DNA of 64,000 nucleotides from NCBI GenBank assembly GCA_003696765.1, contig RFFX01000050.1, positions 12,894-76,893 of the forward strand, read 5' to 3'. The position numbers were made by a program, and so were the translations under genes. The stretch comes from Zetaproteobacteria bacterium (GTDB lineage Bacteria; Pseudomonadota; Zetaproteobacteria; Mariprofundales; J009). Positions 24,274-32,448 of the stretch are shown here, piece after piece (position 1 is the first letter of the stretch; every line of letters begins with the position of its first letter). The notes below the pieces were generated by a model that had not been told where the DNA came from, made no database searches, and saw only the letters and a program-made list of their open reading frames with translations.

Positions 24274-25344
24274 TCACAGCATCTGTTTCATCCGGTAGAT
24301 CTCCGCCAGGATCACCGCCACCGCCTCGAACAGCTCTTCGGGGATCTCCTGGCCGATCTCGACGTGGGCGAACAAGGAACGTGCCAACGGCTTGTTCTCC
24401 CGGATCGGCACCCCGTGTTCGAGGGCGATCTCACGGATACGCTGCGCCAGCCGGTCCGCTCCCTTGGCCACCACCACCGGCGCGCCGCTGCCTCCCAATT
24501 CATATTTCAGTGCCACCGCATAGTGGGTCGGGTTGGTGATCACGACATCCGCCTTGGGCACGTCCTCCATCATCCGCCGCTGGGCCATCTCACGCTGCAG
24601 CTGCTTGATCTTGCTCTTGACCAGCGGATCGCCCTCGGTCTCCTTGTTCTCGTCCTTGATCTCCTTCATCGACATGCGCAGCGAGCGGAGGTACTCCCAC
24701 CGTTGGTAGAGGACGTCGGCCAGCGCCAGGGCCACGAATAGCGCGGCGACCATCGCCGCCATCCGCACCGTTCCGCGGGCCATGACGGCGCCGATCTGCG
24801 CCACATCCATCCGGATCCCCTCCACGGCCAAGGGAAGCATCGAGGCGATGAGGTACCAGCAGATCGCGCCGATCAGCACCAGCTTCAGCACCGACTTGAC
24901 CAGCTCGGCCAGCCCCTTGGAGGAGAAGAGACGCCCCAGACCGGAGATCGGGTTGATCCGGGAGAACTTGGGTTGCAACGTCTCGAGTGCAAAGACGGGG
25001 CCGGTGACCAGCACCGTCACCAGCATCCCGAGCGCCACCACCGGCAGCGCCACCGGCAGGACCATCAGGGCGATCTGGCCGGCCAGCGTGATCAACAGGT
25101 CGACCATCCCCTCCGGCGTCCAATCCACGTGGATCGACCCGGCCAGGAAGCGCTCCATCAGCCGGCTGCTGTGGCCGTAGATCCAGCCGCCGACGCCGGT
25201 GACCAGCAACGAGGCGATCATCAGGAAGGAGACGGCGGTGGAGGGCTCCTTGCTGTTGGGAACCTGCCCCTTCTCGCGCGCGTCGGAGAGCCGCTTGCTG
25301 GTCGGCTCTTCGGTCTGTTGGCTCTTGTCCTGCTCTTCGGCCAC
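24274..25344 (-). CDS. flhB: Flagellar export apparatus protein FlhB
   Basis: (GTG)AEEQDKSQQTEEPTSKRLSDAREKGQVPNSKE..., NPTH autocleavage site (VVITNPTHYAVALKY), and C-terminus PIRENKPLARSLF. Confidence 0.95.
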   Translation of the reverse strand: MAEEQDKSQQTEEPTSKRLSDAREKGQVPNSKEPSTAVSFLMIASLLVTGVGGWIYGHSSRLMERFLAGSIHVDWTPEGMVDLLITLAGQIALMVLPVALPVVALGMLVTVLVTGPVFALETLQPKFSRINPISGLGRLFSSKGLAELVKSVLKLVLIGAICWYLIASMLPLAVEGIRMDVAQIGAVMARGTVRMAAMVAALFVALALADVLYQRWEYLRSLRMSMKEIKDENKETEGDPLVKSKIKQLQREMAQRRMMEDVPKADVVITNPTHYAVALKYELGGSGAPVVVAKGADRLAQRIREIALEHGVPIRENKPLARSLFAHVEIGQEIPEELFEAVAVILAEIYRMKQML

Positions 25345-25356
25345 CGCGCCTCCCGC

Positions 25357-26139
25357 TCACTGCCCGGCAAGCTTGCGCATGAAGAGCGGCAAGCTCTCTC
25401 CCAGGCCGGTGAAGCCCCCCTGCACGAGGTGGATGAAGGCCGGCAGGGCGACGGCGAAGACGAAAAAGCCGAGCCCGATGGTGATGGGGAAGCTGATGAA
25501 GAAGACCTGGATCTGCGGCACGGCCCGCGAGATCAATCCCAGCGCCACATAGACGAAGAAGACCAGGATCATCACCGGCGCCACCAGCTTGACCGCCAGG
25601 GCGAACATGGTGGCCACCGCACCGCTGAGCATCTCCCAGCCGGCGAAATGCCACGGCTGCCCCGGCGGGATCAGGACGAAGGAGTCGATCATCGCCTTCA
25701 GGAAGAGCAGATGGGTGTCGGTGGCCAGCCAGAGCAGGATGGCCAGCACACTGGCGAACTGGCCGGTGATCGCCCCCTGCGCCTGGGTGGAGGGATCGAA
25801 GACGTTGGCCACCGCCATCCCCACCTGGTAGCTCATGATCTGACCGGCGAACTGCACCGAGGTGAAGATCAACCGGGCGAAGAGGGAGAGCATACCGGCA
25901 AGCAGGAGCTCCTGCACACCGAGCAGGGCGTAGAGCAGCGGGTCGGCGGGCACCGGCGGGATCTGCGGCAACACCACCGGGAAGACCACCACCATCACGG
26001 TGACGATGAAGCCGACCTTGATCTGCGCCGGGACCGCCTGGTGGCCCAACACCGGGATGAAGACCATGATCGTGCCGATACGCAGCAGCATCAGGATCCC
26101 CGCCAGGATCTGCTGGTCGGAGGGAAGCGGCGGCGTCAC
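25357..26139 (-). CDS. fliR: Flagellar export gate protein FliR
   Basis: A 260-aa polytopic protein (...LRIGTIMVFIPVLG..., ...FFISFPITIGLGF...) located between fliQ and flhB. GTG start 1 nt after the fliQ stop. Confidence 0.9.
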   Translation of the reverse strand: MTPPLPSDQQILAGILMLLRIGTIMVFIPVLGHQAVPAQIKVGFIVTVMVVVFPVVLPQIPPVPADPLLYALLGVQELLLAGMLSLFARLIFTSVQFAGQIMSYQVGMAVANVFDPSTQAQGAITGQFASVLAILLWLATDTHLLFLKAMIDSFVLIPPGQPWHFAGWEMLSGAVATMFALAVKLVAPVMILVFFVYVALGLISRAVPQIQVFFISFPITIGLGFFVFAVALPAFIHLVQGGFTGLGESLPLFMRKLAGQ

Positions 26140-26140
26140 G

Positions 26141-26410
26141 CTACTCCAGCAGCGTCGGAATCAGCGCGAAGATGCGGCGGGTGAAGTCGACCATCGTGGT
26201 GACCATCCACGGCCCGGCGACGATCATGGTGACGAAGACCACGATGATCTTGGGCACGAAGGTCAGCGTCATCTCCTGGATCTGGGTCACCGCCTGGAAG
26301 AGGGAGATGAGCACACCGACCACCAGGCCGGTGAGGAGCATCGGCGCCGAGATCAACAGCACCATCTTCAGCGCTTCGCTGCCGAGATGGACGATGGTAT
26401 CGGGAGTCAT
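26141..26410 (-). CDS. fliQ: Flagellar export gate protein FliQ
   Basis: MTPDTIVHLGSEALKMVLLISAPMLLTGLVVGVLISLFQAVTQIQEMTLTFVPKIIVVF..., the canonical 89-aa FliQ. Confidence 0.92.
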   Translation of the reverse strand: MTPDTIVHLGSEALKMVLLISAPMLLTGLVVGVLISLFQAVTQIQEMTLTFVPKIIVVFVTMIVAGPWMVTTMVDFTRRIFALIPTLLE

Positions 26411-26425
26411 GCCAAACGTAGCCCA

Positions 26426-26441
26426 AGCAAGATCGGTGCCC
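26426..26441 (-). promoter_or_regulatory. Sigma-54 type promoter candidate immediately upstream of fliQ
   Basis: The minus strand reads GGGCACCGATCTTGCT, i.e. gGGCAC-N5-TTGCT with exact GG-N10-GC spacing. The -12 GC lies only about 17 nt before the fliQ ATG, which implies a very short leader. Confidence 0.4.
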
Positions 26442-26516
26442 GGACGCCGGGCGGAATCGGGCGCATGACCCCAACAGGAAAATCCCGAAGAGATCCGCCG
26501 TGGGCGGCGGGTGCGG

Positions 26517-27824
26517 CTACTCCAGCGCCTCCAGCAGGGAGACCACCTCGGCGGAGAGCGGCGCGATGCGGTCTACCTCCTCGATCGCCCCCTGCACATC
26601 GCCGCTGTTGTACTTGGCCACCGCGCTGCGCGCCCGGCGGTGCACCTCGGCGTGCGGCCCCTCCAGCTGGACGAAGGCGCTCTTGGAGCCGTACTGCTTC
26701 TTGCCCGGGCCGTCGTACCACTTGCCCAGCCGACACTGGTGGTGGTCGACCACCTCGCCCTCGTCGATGTGGCCTCGGCCGAGCACCATGTCGACCAGCC
26801 GCTTCTTCCACAGCATGTGGTCGGTCTTGGCCAGCTGGATCACCGCATCGGTGATGGTGTAGTTGCTCATCGAGGCGAGATCGTTGCGCAGCTTGCCGTC
26901 CAGCTCGTCGGCGGTCGCCAGCGTCTCGTCGGCCAACCGCTTGAGATCGGCGGCGATGGAGGAGGTGGCGCTCACCCCCTCGGCGATCTCGGCGGATGCC
27001 TGCTTCTGCTCGGAGGAGGCGGCCTGCATGATCTGCATCTGCTCGTCCACCTCGAGCATGCCGCGCACGATCTCCTCCATCGAATCGCGCGACTGGCCGA
27101 GCGCTGCGGAGGAGCGCTTCACCGTCTGCTCGATCTGCTCGATCGCCTTGACGGTATGCTCGACGGCGACGTTGATCTCCCCGCTCTTCTCGGCGATGTC
27201 GTCGGCCGCCGCCCGCGACTGCTTGGAGAGCTCCTTCACCTCGCTGGCCACCACGGCGAAGCCTCGCCCCGCCTCTCCGGCACGCGCCGCCTCGATGGTG
27301 GCGTTGAGCGCCAGCAGGTTGGTCTGGTCGGAGATCTTGCGGATGGTGGCCAGCAGCAGCTCGATCTCGCGCGAGGTGGAGGCGAGCTCCTCGACCCGGG
27401 CGATGGCCTGCTCCATCTGGGCCACCGTCTCGTTCATCTGGGAGACCGCCTCGTCCAGCGTCCGCTGCCCCGACTCGACATGCTCCTTGGCGTTGGCGCT
27501 GATGGAGACCACCTCTTCGGTCCGCTCGGCCATGGTCGCCACCGTCGAGCTCATCTCCTCGGTGGCGGCGGCCATCGCCTCACTGCGTTCGGCCACCTGG
27601 CGGGTGGCCTGGTCGAGCTTGCCCATGGCGATGGTGGTCTCGAAACCGGCGGCGGTCGCCTCCACCGTCGTCTTGAGCTCCTGCAGCATGATGTGGTCGA
27701 GCCGCTCCATCGCCGCATTGCCCACCGCAGCCAAGGGATGACCGGGCGGCAGACGGTGGGTGAAGTCCCCCGCCTTGAGCGCCTCGAACAACTCGACGAT
27801 CTGCTGCTGTTCGGCTGCTTCCAC
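26517..27824 (-). CDS. Soluble methyl-accepting chemotaxis protein with a C-terminal CZB (chemoreceptor zinc-binding) domain
   Basis: No TM segment. MCP signalling hairpin: [52 protein letters not shown]-terminal CZB motif: HMLWKKRL...[10 protein letters not shown]...HAEVH. GTG start with the SD GAGGAGGGGAG. Confidence 0.9.
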   Translation of the reverse strand: MEAAEQQQIVELFEALKAGDFTHRLPPGHPLAAVGNAAMERLDHIMLQELKTTVEATAAGFETTIAMGKLDQATRQVAERSEAMAAATEEMSSTVATMAERTEEVVSISANAKEHVESGQRTLDEAVSQMNETVAQMEQAIARVEELASTSREIELLLATIRKISDQTNLLALNATIEAARAGEAGRGFAVVASEVKELSKQSRAAADDIAEKSGEINVAVEHTVKAIEQIEQTVKRSSAALGQSRDSMEEIVRGMLEVDEQMQIMQAASSEQKQASAEIAEGVSATSSIAADLKRLADETLATADELDGKLRNDLASMSNYTITDAVIQLAKTDHMLWKKRLVDMVLGRGHIDEGEVVDHHQCRLGKWYDGPGKKQYGSKSAFVQLEGPHAEVHRRARSAVAKYNSGDVQGAIEEVDRIAPLSAEVVSLLEALE

Positions 27825-27882
27825 ACTCCCCTCCTCTGGCGCCGCACCGTGCGCGTCGCGCCGCGTTTCGGGTGCGATTATG

Positions 27883-28092
27883 TCAAGTGTTGCGCTGCCT
27901 GCAAGTATTGATTCCGAGGATGGGATAGAGCGGGCAGAAGCGGATCAGCGCGGTCAGCCCCATCACCGCCCCGACGGCGATCGCCACCATGTTCCACGGC
28001 GCGCTCAACCCGGCCAGGGCGCCGACGGCGATCAGCACCAGCCCCACCACACCGCGCAACACCCTGTCGATTCCTCCAACGTTCGCATTCAT
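27883..28092 (-). CDS. DUF2892 (YgaP-type) small membrane protein
   Basis: [64 protein letters not shown] is the characteristic DUF2892 pattern (N....R...G.......FCP.Y...G..TC). The SD GGAAGGAGG precedes the ATG. Confidence 0.75.
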   Translation of the reverse strand: MNANVGGIDRVLRGVVGLVLIAVGALAGLSAPWNMVAIAVGAVMGLTALIRFCPLYPILGINTCRQRNT

Positions 28093-28110
28093 GATCGTCC
28101 TCCTTCCTGT

Positions 28111-28140
28111 AATCACAAAGCGTCCGTCCATGGACCAGAA
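28111..28140 (-). repeat. Degenerate solo A-module of the mosaic repeat
   Basis: aatCaCAAAGcGTCCgtccatGGACcagaag; compare GCAAAAAGTCCgtccatGGACTTTTTGC. It lies just upstream of the DUF2892 SD. Confidence 0.5.
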
Positions 28141-28421
28141 GAGCCGCACCCCGACATCGCATATACCCGGGCCGTCGCCTGCTCCACCCGGTCGGATCGG
28201 CTGCGCCCCCGTAGAGGCTTCCTTGCACGGGGCGGATCCTCTGCTAGCGTGGGACCGGTTTCCGTGACAATGTCACCGGCTGCCCCCCTTCCGGACGCTG
28301 CGGAGCCCTGCCCGCATCGAGCCAGTCGGGGCATACCCCCCTCCTCGTCGATGCATCCCCTCATTCCATAGGAAGGGGCGCGATCGCACCGGATCTCCGC
28401 TCTGGACTCGATTCAAGATTC

Positions 28422-30725
28422 GTGCATGAACTAACCGGAACCTACAGCCCCGTCGTGGTGGCGCTGTCGCTGCTGGTGGCCATCACCTCGGCCTTCGTCG
28501 CCATCTCGGTGGTCCCCCGCCTGCACGACCGCCGGGCCGACGGCCGTCGCACCGCCCTGTGGACGCTGGCCTTCGGCCTGAGCCTCGGCACCGGCATCTG
28601 GACCATGCACTTCGTCGCCATGCTCGCCTTCCGGCTGCCGGTGGCGGTGCGCTACGACATCACGATCACCGCGGCATCACTCTTCATCGCCATCGGCTTC
28701 TGCTCCCTCGGCGCCCTGCCGATGCGGCACGGCGGCGATCTGCGCGACGGCCGCCTGCTGCTGGTCGGAAGCGTGCTCGGCGCCGGCGTGGCGGCGATGC
28801 ACTACACCGGTATGGCGGCGATGCGGCTGCCGGCGGAGATGCACTACGATACGGCTCTGGTGCTGCTGTCGCTGCTCATCGCCGTCTCCGTCGCCACGGT
28901 GGCGCTCTGGATCGCCAACCGGCTGCGCGGAGTCGGGGTGCTCGACGAGTTGCCCTGGAAGACTGCCGCCGCGGTGGTCATGGGGCTGGCGGTGGCGGCG
29001 ATGCACTACACCGGCATGGCGGCGGTGCACTTCCTCGCTCTCGATGGCCAGCCGGCATCGGGCGGGCTCGACCGGACGCTGATGATCGTCGCGCTGACCG
29101 TGATCGCCATGCTGGTGCAGGGCGGCATCCTGATCAGCGCCGCGCTCGATCAGGCGCTGATGGCCCAGCGCAGGCTGCGCCACAGCGAGGCCGAGCGCAT
29201 GCGCATCCACACCATCGTCGAAACCAGTCCCGACTTCATCGCCATCGTCGATCCGACAGGGAAGATCCGTTACCTCAACCCCGCCGGCCACCATCTGGTC
29301 GGCCTGCCGGCGGAGGTGGATCCGCCGCTGCTGCGGGAATGCCTGCACCCCGACGAAGCCGACCGCCTGCAACAGGAGATCCTGCCGCAGCTGCAGCGCG
29401 AGGCCCGCTACCAGACCCGCCTCCGGCTGGCCCACCGCGACGGCTCGGAGATCCACACGCTCGCCGCCTTCACCACGCTTCCCGGCGGAGGGAGCGACGC
29501 GGGCAGCTTCTCGATCATGGCGCGGGACATCCGGCGGGAGATCGCCCGCCAGGAGAAGATGGAGCACACCCAGCGGCTGGAGAGCCTTGGCGTGCTGGCC
29601 GGCGGCATCGCCCACGACTTCAACAACATCCTCACCGCCATCCTGGGCAATGCAGCCATCGCCGAACGCAAGGCGCGTGCAACCAACGAAGATCTGGCCC
29701 GATACCTGAGCAACATCGTCCGCTCCAGCGAGCGGGCGGCCGATCTGTGCAAGCAGATGCTGGCCTACTCGGGCAAGGGGAAGTTCGTCGTGCAGCCGCT
29801 CGACCTGTCGCAGCTGGTCACCGACATCACCAAGCTGCTTGAGGTCTCCATCGGCAAATCGGTGGTGCTCAAGTACCGGCTGGCCGAGGGGCTGCCGCCG
29901 GTGGAGGCCGACGCCGCCCAGATCCAGCAGCTGATCATGAATCTGGTGATCAACGCCTCCGAGGCGATCGGCGAGAAGAGCGGGGTGATCACCGTCACCA
30001 CCGGGCTGATGCACGCCGATCGCGACTACCTGCGCGAGACCTGCCTCGACGAGGATGTGCCGGAGGGGCGTTATGCCTTCCTCGAGGTCGCCGACACCGG
30101 CTGCGGCATGGACGAAGCGACGCGGAAGCGGATCTTCGAACCCTTCTACACCACCAAGTTCACCGGCCGCGGGCTGGGCATGAGCGCAGTGCTCGGCATC
30201 GTGCGCGGCCACCACGGCACGATGAAGCTCTACACCGAACCCGGCGCGGGGACCACCTTCAAGGTGTTGCTGCCGGTCTCCACCCGGGTGGAACAGCCAT
30301 CGGCCGACCCCGCCGCGAATGGAGACGACACCGCCCCCCCATGGCGCGGCGAGGGAACGGTGCTGATCATCGACGATGAGGAGACGGTGCGCACATCGGC
30401 GGCGATGATGGTCGAGGCGCTGGGCTTCGACACACTTACCGCCGCCGATGGCAAGGAGGGGGTGGCCTGCTACCGCGCCCACCGAAAGGAGATCGTCGTC
30501 GTGCTGCTCGACATGACCATGCCGCGGCTCGACGGCAGGGGCTGCTTCCGCGAACTGCGCCGGATCGACAAGGATGTCCGGGTGATCCTCACCAGCGGCT
30601 ACAACGAAGAGGAGGTGACCAGCCACTTCGCCGGCAAGGGGCTGGCCGGCTTCATCCAGAAGCCCTACCGGCCGGAGCTGCTGGCCGAGCGGCTGCGCGC
30701 CGCGCTCGCCCGCCGCCCTGACTGA
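28422..30725 (+). CDS. Hybrid sensor histidine kinase with N-terminal MHYT membrane domain, PAS, HisKA, HATPase_c and receiver domains
   Basis: Three MHYT motifs (WTMHFVAMLAF, AAMHYTGMAAM, AAMHYTGMAAV). H-box LAGGIAHDFNNILTAI. N/G boxes NLVINASEA, DTGCGM, GRGLGMS. Receiver VLIIDDEETVR...VLLDMTMPRLDG...SGY. GTG start. Confidence 0.9.
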   Translation: MHELTGTYSPVVVALSLLVAITSAFVAISVVPRLHDRRADGRRTALWTLAFGLSLGTGIWTMHFVAMLAFRLPVAVRYDITITAASLFIAIGFCSLGALPMRHGGDLRDGRLLLVGSVLGAGVAAMHYTGMAAMRLPAEMHYDTALVLLSLLIAVSVATVALWIANRLRGVGVLDELPWKTAAAVVMGLAVAAMHYTGMAAVHFLALDGQPASGGLDRTLMIVALTVIAMLVQGGILISAALDQALMAQRRLRHSEAERMRIHTIVETSPDFIAIVDPTGKIRYLNPAGHHLVGLPAEVDPPLLRECLHPDEADRLQQEILPQLQREARYQTRLRLAHRDGSEIHTLAAFTTLPGGGSDAGSFSIMARDIRREIARQEKMEHTQRLESLGVLAGGIAHDFNNILTAILGNAAIAERKARATNEDLARYLSNIVRSSERAADLCKQMLAYSGKGKFVVQPLDLSQLVTDITKLLEVSIGKSVVLKYRLAEGLPPVEADAAQIQQLIMNLVINASEAIGEKSGVITVTTGLMHADRDYLRETCLDEDVPEGRYAFLEVADTGCGMDEATRKRIFEPFYTTKFTGRGLGMSAVLGIVRGHHGTMKLYTEPGAGTTFKVLLPVSTRVEQPSADPAANGDDTAPPWRGEGTVLIIDDEETVRTSAAMMVEALGFDTLTAADGKEGVACYRAHRKEIVVVLLDMTMPRLDGRGCFRELRRIDKDVRVILTSGYNEEEVTSHFAGKGLAGFIQKPYRPELLAERLRAALARRPD

Positions 30726-30779
30726 CCCCCGCCCCGATGCGGCGTGCAACTTCGACGCCGCGCCCTAGCATCCCCGCCG

Positions 30780-32006
30780 ATGAGATACCGGACCATTCGC
30801 GGCGTCCACGACGGCCTGCCGGGCGATGTCGCCCGCTGGCGGTGCGTCGAGCAGGCCGCACGCACCCTCTTCTCCCGCTACTGCTTCCAGGAGGTCCGTC
30901 TGCCCGTGCTGGAGCAGGCCGCGCTGTTCACCCGATCGGTGGGCGAGGCGACCGACATCGTCGCCAAGGAGATGTACCGCTTCACCGACCGCGGCGGCGA
31001 GGAGATCTGTCTGCGGCCGGAGGGGACCGCCGGCGCGGTGCGCGCCTTCCTCCAGGCGGGGTTGGGCAGGTCCGGCGAACAGCGCTGGTTCTACATCGGC
31101 CCGATGTTCCGCCGCGAGCGGCCGCAGAAGGGGCGGCTGCGCCAGTTCCAGCAGATCGGGGTCGAGTGGTTCGGCCCGGCTGGACCGATCGCCGACATCG
31201 AGCTGCTGACCATGGCCTGGGGGCTGATCGAGACGCTGGGGATCGATGGCGCGCGGCTGGAGCTCAACTCGCTGGGCTGCCCGAGCTGCCGGCCGTGCTA
31301 CCGCGAGACGCTGGTCGGCTGGCTGCGGGCGCGGCGCGACGCCCTCTGCGCCACCTGCCGGACGCGGGTCGACACCAACCCGATGCGCGTGCTCGACTGC
31401 AAGGAGCCCGACTGCCGGCAGGCGCTGCGCGACGCTCCGGTGATGGTGGAGCATCTGTGCGACGCCTGCGACGACCACTTCCGCGCCGTCACCGCCGGAC
31501 TGGCCGTTCCATACGCCATCAACCCGCACATCGTGCGCGGCCTCGACTACTACAGCCGCACCGCCTTCGAGATCGTCACCGACCGGCTCGGCGCCCAGGG
31601 GACGGTGATCGCCGGCGGCAGGTACGACCATCTGGTCGCCGAACTGGGGGGCGCACCGACACCTGCGATCGGCTTCGCGCTGGGGCTGGAGCGGATCGCG
31701 CTGCTGCTCGACCCGATCGAGGTGGAGCGCGCGCAGGTTGCGGTGGTCGCCCTGGGGGAGGAGGCGCGCATCCCCTCGATCCGCGCCGCCGAGCGGCTGC
31801 GTGCGGCCGGCATCTCCACCATCCACTGCGGCGGCGGCAGCGGCAAACGGCAGTTCAGGATGGCCGACCGGGAGCGGGTGGCCGCCGCGCTAATCCTCGG
31901 CACCGACGAGCTGGCACGCGGCCTTTGGAGCGTGCGTGACATGCGCGACGGCAGCCAGCAGACACTCACCCCCGAGGAAGCGATCGCCCGGCTGCGTGAT
32001 TCATGA
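30780..32006 (+). CDS. hisS: Histidine--tRNA ligase
   Basis: MRYRTIRGVHDGLPGDVARW..., LRPEGTAGAVRA, WFYIGPMFRRERPQKGRLRQFQQIG and GGGRYDHLV are the class II HisRS motifs. Confidence 0.95.
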   Translation: MRYRTIRGVHDGLPGDVARWRCVEQAARTLFSRYCFQEVRLPVLEQAALFTRSVGEATDIVAKEMYRFTDRGGEEICLRPEGTAGAVRAFLQAGLGRSGEQRWFYIGPMFRRERPQKGRLRQFQQIGVEWFGPAGPIADIELLTMAWGLIETLGIDGARLELNSLGCPSCRPCYRETLVGWLRARRDALCATCRTRVDTNPMRVLDCKEPDCRQALRDAPVMVEHLCDACDDHFRAVTAGLAVPYAINPHIVRGLDYYSRTAFEIVTDRLGAQGTVIAGGRYDHLVAELGGAPTPAIGFALGLERIALLLDPIEVERAQVAVVALGEEARIPSIRAAERLRAAGISTIHCGGGSGKRQFRMADRERVAAALILGTDELARGLWSVRDMRDGSQQTLTPEEAIARLRDS

Positions 32007-32158
32007 TGGTTTCGCAAGAAACCATCATCGCGACCATGGAGGGTCGCGCAAATCCGGAGGTTGAAGACGCAACCGACGGATTTGTAAGGGGATCGAAGAC
32101 CGCGCTCTTCGATCCCCGTCGAGCAAAAAGTCCACGGAGGGACTTTTTGCGATCTGAT
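32003..32158 (+). repeat. Mosaic repeat, full copy (reference copy)
   Basis: Reads ATGATGGTTTCgcaaGAAACCATCATCGCGACCatggagGGTCGCGcaaatccggaGGTTGaagacGCAACCgacggatttgtaaGGGGATCGAAGAccgcgcTCTTCGATCCCCgtcgaGCAAAAAGTCCacggagGGACTTTTTGCgatctgatca. The hisS TGA is its nt 2-4. Confidence 0.92.
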
Positions 32159-32161
32159 CAT

Positions 32162-32200
32162 TCATGGAATCGCAAAAAAGTCCCGCCATGGACTTTTTGG
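32162..32200 (-). repeat. Solo A-module, inverted relative to the preceding full copy
   Basis: Reads tcatggaatcGCAAAAAAGTCCcgccatGGACTTTTTGg. It forms an inverted pair with the A module at 32123-32150. Confidence 0.75.
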
Positions 32201-32242
32201 ACCGGACGAACACAGGGCTGAACGAAAAAGGAAGGCCGAACG

Positions 32243-32274
32243 AAAAAGGGCCCGCGCCGAAGCGCAGGCCCTTT
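32243..32274 (-). terminator. Rho-independent terminator of the tRNA-fMet gene
   Basis: The minus strand reads AAAGGGCCTGCGC-TTCG-GCGCGGGCCCTTTTTCG. That is a 10-bp GC-rich stem (one G:U pair), a TTCG loop and a T5 tract, starting 7 nt after the tRNA CCA end. Confidence 0.7.
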
Positions 32275-32280
32275 GCCATC

Positions 32281-32355
<75 letters not shown>

Positions 32356-32368
32356 TCCGGGGCGGCGA

Positions 32369-32396
32369 AGCCTATCGCCCCCACCATTCCTGTCAA
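32369..32396 (-). promoter_or_regulatory. Sigma-70 type promoter candidate for tRNA-fMet
   Basis: The minus strand reads TTGACA-16 nt-TAGGCT, ending 13 nt before the mature tRNA 5' end. The -35 is perfect and the -10 is weak. Confidence 0.4.
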
Positions 32397-32448
32397 CCGT
32401 CGCATCCCCCTCTCGATCGCAACGCGGGATGTTCCGGCGGTGGATGCG

